This document shows positions 50,592-57,021 of a stretch of 57,021 bases of DNA, piece by piece. Position 1 is the first letter of the stretch. Every line of letters starts with the position of its first letter. The translations under genes and the position numbers were made by a program. Source of the DNA: an uncultured Thiotrichales bacterium (GTDB lineage Bacteria; Pseudomonadota; Gammaproteobacteria; UBA4575); NCBI GenBank assembly GCA_964410595.1, contig CAYPHQ010000001.1, positions 1 to 57,021 on the forward strand, given 5' to 3'. A model generated the notes under the pieces. The model was not told where the DNA came from and did not search any database. It worked only from the letters and a program-made list of their open reading frames with translations.

Positions 50592-51026
50592 TTAAAGGCT
50601 TTTTACTAACTCATCAAGTTCGTTGAGGCCAACTTTGACCACCTTAGTACCCTTACTAGTCAACACCACATCCACCACTCGTCGATCAGTTTTACTGCGC
50701 TCACGGGTAATATAGTTGAGTGACTCTAACTGATCCAAATAACGACTAATCGTGGCAGGCTCTACCTGAAGATGTTGAGCCACCGCCGCAGGTGTGACCG
50801 CGTGCTCACTCCACAAAGTCACCAACACTTGCCATAAATTGTAGTTCACGCCATGGCGTGACACTTTTTTACTAATGCCATAACCAATCTGACGCGCCAT
50901 AACACTGACATCAATCAGCAAGTTAGCACGGTCTTTTACTGGTGTACGTAAATCCTTGAGTTTTTTAGGCGCGATATCTTTATTAAATTCTCTTATTGTG
51001 ATCATATATATCCCCAAATTGATCAT
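50592..51026 (-). CDS. MarR-family transcriptional regulator
   Basis: 144 aa with a winged HTH (AAVAQHLQVEPATISRYLDQLESLNYITRERSKTDRRVV). An alternative ATG at 51005 is possible. Confidence 0.85.
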   Translation of the reverse strand: MINLGIYMITIREFNKDIAPKKLKDLRTPVKDRANLLIDVSVMARQIGYGISKKVSRHGVNYNLWQVLVTLWSEHAVTPAAVAQHLQVEPATISRYLDQLESLNYITRERSKTDRRVVDVVLTSKGTKVVKVGLNELDELVKSL

Positions 51027-51129
51027 TTTTATAGTGGCCGCATTATGTACTTAATCTGCATATAAATACATGTAATCAATAATAATCTTTACAATCATTT
51101 ACAGCAAATAACTATTTCACCTACATGCC

Positions 51130-52173
51130 ATGTACAAACGGAACAATGAGCATATATCAAATATCACATCCAGGGTTCTAATTGCAGGTGGGGGGATTAT
51201 TGGTCTATATAGCGCTTATATATTGACCAAAAAAGCTGCTGACATGCCCATCACTGTTATTGATCAAGGTGCAATAGGCGCACAGTGTTCATCTGCTGCA
51301 GGGGGTATATTATCGCCCCTGCTGCCATGGGACTACCCCGATACAATCTTTGAATATCTCCCGGTTGTGAACGAGACATATGCTAGTCTTGCACTGCATT
51401 TACGTGAGGACATGCACGCAGATATCGAATTCCACATCCCTGGGATGCGTGTTTTTGCCTCTGTGAACAATTTAAAAACGGGCCAAGCCTGGTGTCAGCA
51501 ACATAATATAAATGTTCATGCTGATGACAGTAGTCTATACCTTCCTGATATTGCTCAATTAAATCCAGCTGCATTAGTCCAAGCATTACGCAAGAAGCTC
51601 CTCCAGACCGGCGTTGAATTGTTAGAAAATACTCAAGTTAAAAAATGCCATGTAAAGGCCAAGCGCCTCATCGGGATAGATACCTCACAGGGTTACATTG
51701 CTTGTGACAAATTAATCTGGACGACAGGCGCATGGGCGAACGCTTTATCACAACAACAGGGAAATATTTACGCGCCAGAAATTCGACCCATCAAAGGCCA
51801 AATGATCAGTTTTGACTGCCCCGAAATAACACTTGAAGAGATCCTTTACAAGAATGGACACTATTTGATTCCTCGTCAAAATGGCATAATTTTAGCGGGC
51901 AGCACCCTGGAAGATACTGGCTTTGATCAAAGCACAACACAGACAGCCTTAGAAACACTGACTCAACGTTCAATTGAATTACTCCCAGCGCTCGCACGCG
52001 CAAAAGTCAGTGCCCATTGGTCTGGCTTACGTCCTTATTCAGAGAGTGAACTACCTATTGTAGAAGCACATCCGGAGGTGAATGGGCTTTACCTAAACTG
52101 TGGACACCATCGTTATGGTGTATGCATGGCACCTTACAGCGCAGAAAAAATTGCCAAAATGATTTTTCAATAA
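51130..52173 (+). CDS. thiO: FAD-dependent glycine oxidase ThiO-like oxidoreductase
   Basis: 347 aa of DAO-family type with an N-terminal dinucleotide fold (VLIAGGGIIGLYSAYIL). The length and C-terminal HHRYG-type motif match ThiO, and it lies near thiS-thiG. Confidence 0.75.
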   Translation: MYKRNNEHISNITSRVLIAGGGIIGLYSAYILTKKAADMPITVIDQGAIGAQCSSAAGGILSPLLPWDYPDTIFEYLPVVNETYASLALHLREDMHADIEFHIPGMRVFASVNNLKTGQAWCQQHNINVHADDSSLYLPDIAQLNPAALVQALRKKLLQTGVELLENTQVKKCHVKAKRLIGIDTSQGYIACDKLIWTTGAWANALSQQQGNIYAPEIRPIKGQMISFDCPEITLEEILYKNGHYLIPRQNGIILAGSTLEDTGFDQSTTQTALETLTQRSIELLPALARAKVSAHWSGLRPYSESELPIVEAHPEVNGLYLNCGHHRYGVCMAPYSAEKIAKMIFQ

Positions 52174-52238
52174 TAGCTTTTTACACTCCCCTAATTTTAT
52201 AACGCTAAACTAGTTACCACTTTTTATTGAAACTCAAT

Positions 52239-54068
52239 TTATTCCACAGTGACTGATTTAGCCAAATTGCGCGGTTGATCCACATCCGTGCCTTTAAGCA
52301 CCGCGACATGGTAGGCTAATAACTGCAAGGGTATGTTGAAAATAATAGGCGCCACCGCATTTTCTGGTGCATCTATTTCTATCAACTGCATGAGCTCAGT
52401 ATTATCAAAGCCACTCGAAACATCTGCAAATACATGCAACTCGCCACCACGTGCGCGCACTTCTTGTATGTTGCTTTTTAATTTTTTTAATAATTCATTA
52501 TTAGGCGCCACTGTGATGACCGGCATATTTTCATCAATCAAAGCTATGGGACCATGTTTTAACTCACCGGCTGCATAGGCTTCCGCATGCACATAAGAAA
52601 TTTCTTTTAACTTCAGTGCACCTTCCATAGCTATAGGATAGTGCGACCCTCTCCCTAAAAATAAAGCATGCTGTTTATTTTGATAACGTAATGCTAATTT
52701 TTGAATGGCTTCATCACATTCAAAAACTTTATTTATGCGTGCAGGCAAGTTTAATAATTGCGCTACTAGATCATCATGCATCTGTATACTTAACTGATGT
52801 CTTTTCCCAATCAAAATAACCAGCAACATCAATGCAACAAGTTGTGTCGTAAACGCTTTGGTAGAAGCAACGCCTATTTCAGGTCCTGCATGAGTCATCA
52901 ATACAAGATCGGATTCACGCACTAAAGAACTCTCTGGCACATTACATATCACTAATGATCCCACATAATCTTCAGTCTTCGCTTGTATCAGAGCCGCCAA
53001 ACTATCTGCTGTTTCACCTGATTGAGAGATAGTCACAAATAACGTGCCAGACTGCACAATATGCTTGCGGTAACGAAACTCACTCGCTACCTCAGCATGA
53101 CATGGTACGCCCGCTAATTCCTCAAACCAGTGCTTGGCCACACAAGCGGCATGATAACTAGTGCCGCAAGCAATTATCTGTATGGCTTTTGTGGCATCCA
53201 AGATTGGCGTGGCTGAGGCTCCTAATATTTCATCAAACACCTGACCATTGAAAATTCGTCCCTCAAGCGTATCGGTGACGGCACGAGGTTGTTCATAGAT
53301 TTCTTTCAACATATAGTGTGGAAAGTCGCCTTTATCAGCATCTGCAATACACTGATCACTATGTTTGGTAGCACGCTCTACTTTTACACCATTGCTATCA
53401 TAAATATTTATTTGATCAGCGCTTATATCAGCAATATCACCATTCTCTAAATAAATGAAATCTTGTGTATGTTTCAATACAGCATTAATGTCTGAAGTCA
53501 CAAAATTGATTTCATCTCCAATAGCTATAATTAATGGGCTACCACTTCTGGCAGCAAAAATATGGCTAGGGTCTTGTTGATCGATCACAGCAAGTGCATA
53601 TGTACCTGTCAGGTCTTGGCATGCGCTAGTTACAGCCGCATGCAAATTTTCCCCTTGCGATAAATAATGCATAATCTGATGAACAATCACTTCACTGTCT
53701 GTTTCAGATTGAAAATCTACGCCTGCTTGCGTTTGCTGATCTTTAAGGGTCTGATAATTTTCTATAATGCCATTGTGAACTATGGCTAATCGTTGCACTG
53801 ACATATGAGGATGAGCATTGTTCTCAGACGGCGCTCCATGAGTGGCCCAACGTGTGTGAGCAATCCCAATATGTCCATGCATGGGTTGTTTTAACACATG
53901 TTGCGCAAGTGCTTCGACTTTTCCACATCGTCGAATTCTTTCTATTGATTGATTGTCACATACGGCAATCCCTGCCGAGTCATAACCACGGTACTCGAGT
54001 CGTCGCAGTCCATCAATCAGCAAATCTGATACATCTTGATTAGCAACAGCCCCTATAATTCCACACAT
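52239..54068 (-). CDS. glmS: glutamine--fructose-6-phosphate aminotransferase
   Basis: 609 aa with MCGIIGAV (N-terminal nucleophile Cys), two SIS domains, and a C-terminal ...AKSVTVE. Confidence 0.97.
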   Translation of the reverse strand: MCGIIGAVANQDVSDLLIDGLRRLEYRGYDSAGIAVCDNQSIERIRRCGKVEALAQHVLKQPMHGHIGIAHTRWATHGAPSENNAHPHMSVQRLAIVHNGIIENYQTLKDQQTQAGVDFQSETDSEVIVHQIMHYLSQGENLHAAVTSACQDLTGTYALAVIDQQDPSHIFAARSGSPLIIAIGDEINFVTSDINAVLKHTQDFIYLENGDIADISADQINIYDSNGVKVERATKHSDQCIADADKGDFPHYMLKEIYEQPRAVTDTLEGRIFNGQVFDEILGASATPILDATKAIQIIACGTSYHAACVAKHWFEELAGVPCHAEVASEFRYRKHIVQSGTLFVTISQSGETADSLAALIQAKTEDYVGSLVICNVPESSLVRESDLVLMTHAGPEIGVASTKAFTTQLVALMLLVILIGKRHQLSIQMHDDLVAQLLNLPARINKVFECDEAIQKLALRYQNKQHALFLGRGSHYPIAMEGALKLKEISYVHAEAYAAGELKHGPIALIDENMPVITVAPNNELLKKLKSNIQEVRARGGELHVFADVSSGFDNTELMQLIEIDAPENAVAPIIFNIPLQLLAYHVAVLKGTDVDQPRNLAKSVTVE

Positions 54069-54071
54069 AGA

Positions 54072-55454
54072 TCAGCTCTTACTTTCGTTCTGATTTTTTT
54101 TGCTTGGTCGTTGCCAATGATCCATGGTTATTTGTTTAGTTCGAGATAATGTCAATTTATTAGCAGGAACTTCACTGGTAATCGTCGATCCAGCACCTAT
54201 CGTCGCGCCGTTATTGATTATTACGGGCGCGACTAATTGAGTGTCTGAACCAATAAATACATGATCACCGATGATAGTCTTATGTTTGTTGGCTCCATCA
54301 TAATTACAACTAATGGTTCCCGCACCGATATTAGTCTCACGCCCAATTTGTGCGTCACCCAAATAACTTAAATGATTGATTTTCGAGCCCGTATCTATAC
54401 GGGTTTTCTTTATCTCAACAAAATTTCCAATTTTTACCTCATCTGCGAGCACCGTATCTGGTCTTAAGCGCGCGTAGGGGCCTATCTCACAACTTTGTCC
54501 AATACTGGCTTGTTGTATGTGAGAATGCGCATGCACCACCGTTGCTCTTCCAATATGAGCATCAATGATTACACTGTTCATGCCTATATGGACGTGTTCT
54601 TCTAATGTGACATTCCCCCGTAACGTCACACATGGCTCAATCACAATGTCATTCGCTGCTTCAACATATCCCTCAATAAAAACGGTGTCGGGATCTTTCA
54701 AGGTCACTCCTTGCAACATTAGTTGCTGACGTCGACGCTGTTGATAACACGCTTCCACCTGAGATAATTGTACGCGATCATTAACACCCATTATTTCTGT
54801 ATGATCCTCGCATTTTATCCCCACGACTGATTTAGCACCCTGTACGGCTAACTCAACAATATCGGTTAGATAGTATTCTTGCTGACTATTGTCATTGTTA
54901 ATTTGTGCTAACCAGTGAATTAATAATTGTGTGTCGGCGCAAATAATCCCTGAATTAATTTCTGTGATTGCTTTTATTGCAGGACTCGCATCTTTGTCTT
55001 CAACGATACTATTTATTCGATTATCATCATCGCGCACAATCCGACCATAGCCTGCTGGATGCTCATTGATGCTCGTAAGGATGGTTAAATCTGCTTCACT
55101 CGCCAATAAAGACTGGCAAGTACTGGCTTGTAACAGAGGCACATCGGCATAAAGCACTAACGTCTGGCTTTCACTATTTTTTTGCAAATTTGTTATGCAT
55201 TGTTGCACAGCATGGGCAGTACCAAGTTGTTCTTTCTGCTGACACCAATCGATATCATCATCGCAGACTACTGACTGTAGTTGCTCCCCACCATAACCAT
55301 AGACCACATTGATTTGTGTGGGATTTAATTCACGTGCGCACTGTAGGCTATGCATCAGCATCGGTATACCGCCCACAGGATGTAATACCTTAGGCAAATC
55401 ACTACGCATACGTGTGCCTTGTCCGGCGGCTAGAATCACAACATTCAATGACAT
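54072..55454 (-). CDS. glmU: bifunctional UDP-N-acetylglucosamine pyrophosphorylase / GlcN-1-P acetyltransferase
   Basis: 460 aa (ILAAGQGTRM, LPKVLH) with C-terminal left-handed beta-helix hexapeptide repeats. Confidence 0.95.
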   Translation of the reverse strand: MSLNVVILAAGQGTRMRSDLPKVLHPVGGIPMLMHSLQCARELNPTQINVVYGYGGEQLQSVVCDDDIDWCQQKEQLGTAHAVQQCITNLQKNSESQTLVLYADVPLLQASTCQSLLASEADLTILTSINEHPAGYGRIVRDDDNRINSIVEDKDASPAIKAITEINSGIICADTQLLIHWLAQINNDNSQQEYYLTDIVELAVQGAKSVVGIKCEDHTEIMGVNDRVQLSQVEACYQQRRRQQLMLQGVTLKDPDTVFIEGYVEAANDIVIEPCVTLRGNVTLEEHVHIGMNSVIIDAHIGRATVVHAHSHIQQASIGQSCEIGPYARLRPDTVLADEVKIGNFVEIKKTRIDTGSKINHLSYLGDAQIGRETNIGAGTISCNYDGANKHKTIIGDHVFIGSDTQLVAPVIINNGATIGAGSTITSEVPANKLTLSRTKQITMDHWQRPSKKNQNESKS

Positions 55455-55541
55455 TGAAATTAATCCGTTTGAATATGACTATTAAACAACAATTATCGTC
55501 TATTTTGGACTAGTTGTTGGGTTTTGAATAGAAAATAAGCG

Positions 55542-55569
55542 AAAAAAAAGGCAGCTAAAAAGCTGCCTT
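55542..55569 (-). terminator. Rho-independent terminator of the atp operon
   Basis: The minus strand reads AAGGCAGC-ttttta-GCTGCCTT followed by TTTTTTT. Confidence 0.8.
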
Positions 55570-55604
55570 ATCAGTTTTACATTTCTCTATGATAACTTGA
55601 GTAA

Positions 55605-56021
55605 TTAACCCTTGCGTATTTTTTGAATCATACGCAGACGTGCGTTCGCTTCTGCCAATTCTGCCATGGCACGCGCACTATCGATTTGTCCACTCTTATC
55701 AGCTAACGCTTCTTCAGCTTTTTGCCTAGCTTCTAGCGCTTTGGCTTCATCAAGGTCTTCAGCTCGCACCGCTGTATCTGATAATACGGTCACTATGTCG
55801 GGCTGAACTTCTAGCATACCCCCTGACACATAAATGTGTTGATCTTCTTCCCCTTCCACTTCAATCTTAATTTCACCGGGTTTAAGTTGTGTAACCAGTG
55901 GAGTGTGGTTAGGAAAGATTCCGACATCGCCCATGATCGCCGGAGCAATCACCGCGGTGACTTCACCAGAAAATATTTCTGACTCTGCGCTTACAATATC
56001 AAGTTGCATGGTTGTTGCCAT
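55605..56021 (-). CDS. atpC: F0F1 ATP synthase subunit epsilon
   Basis: 138 aa (LDIVSAE..IFSGEV, GHTPL) with a C-terminal helical hairpin. Confidence 0.95.
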   Translation of the reverse strand: MATTMQLDIVSAESEIFSGEVTAVIAPAIMGDVGIFPNHTPLVTQLKPGEIKIEVEGEEDQHIYVSGGMLEVQPDIVTVLSDTAVRAEDLDEAKALEARQKAEEALADKSGQIDSARAMAELAEANARLRMIQKIRKG

Positions 56022-56031
56022 AGTGTATTAA

Positions 56032-57021
<990 letters not shown>

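Overview
AT-rich gammaproteobacterial core-chromosome segment, densely packed with housekeeping genes in synteny blocks familiar from Pseudomonas and E. coli. In order: recG(partial)-ridA-spoT-rpoZ-gmk; an OmpA-like lipoprotein; a contiguous Pho cluster on one strand (porin, phoB, phoR, pstS, long-form pstC and pstA, pstB, phoU); cysS; ispB; rplU-rpmA-obg-proB; rpsT; murJ-ribF-ileS-lspA-ispH; ctpA-envC; a BigR/SqrR-like ArsR regulator followed by rhodanese-grxC-secB-gpsA; trmL head-to-head with a class-1B-type pyrD; ntrC-ntrB-DUF4124-glnA with sigma54 and NtrC signals; glyQ-glyS-gmhB-plsC; a SulP/STAS transporter; trmB-thiG-thiS; marR divergent from thiO; glmS-glmU-atpC-atpD(partial). I found no tRNA, rRNA, CRISPR array, transposase, integrase, phage gene or recognisable defence gene. 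I also found no convincing novel multi-gene system, so this reads as ordinary core genome. The leads worth a second look are small-scale. (1) A 171-bp element with terminal inverted repeats and nested hairpins between marR and thiS. (2) A two-cysteine BigR/SqrR-type regulator placed in front of the rhodanese-grxC-secB-gpsA block. (3) trmL and pyrD start codons that overlap head-to-head, leaving no intergenic DNA. (4) Two unannotated 26-codon mini-ORFs. (5) Two decayed gene remnants, one of them PAP2-like. (6) Pho boxes, NtrC sites and a sigma54 promoter that can be read directly. (7) A perfect 24-bp palindrome upstream of the SulP gene. Many ORF-track starts are upstream over-extensions; I corrected them by homology and by stop/start overlap logic.
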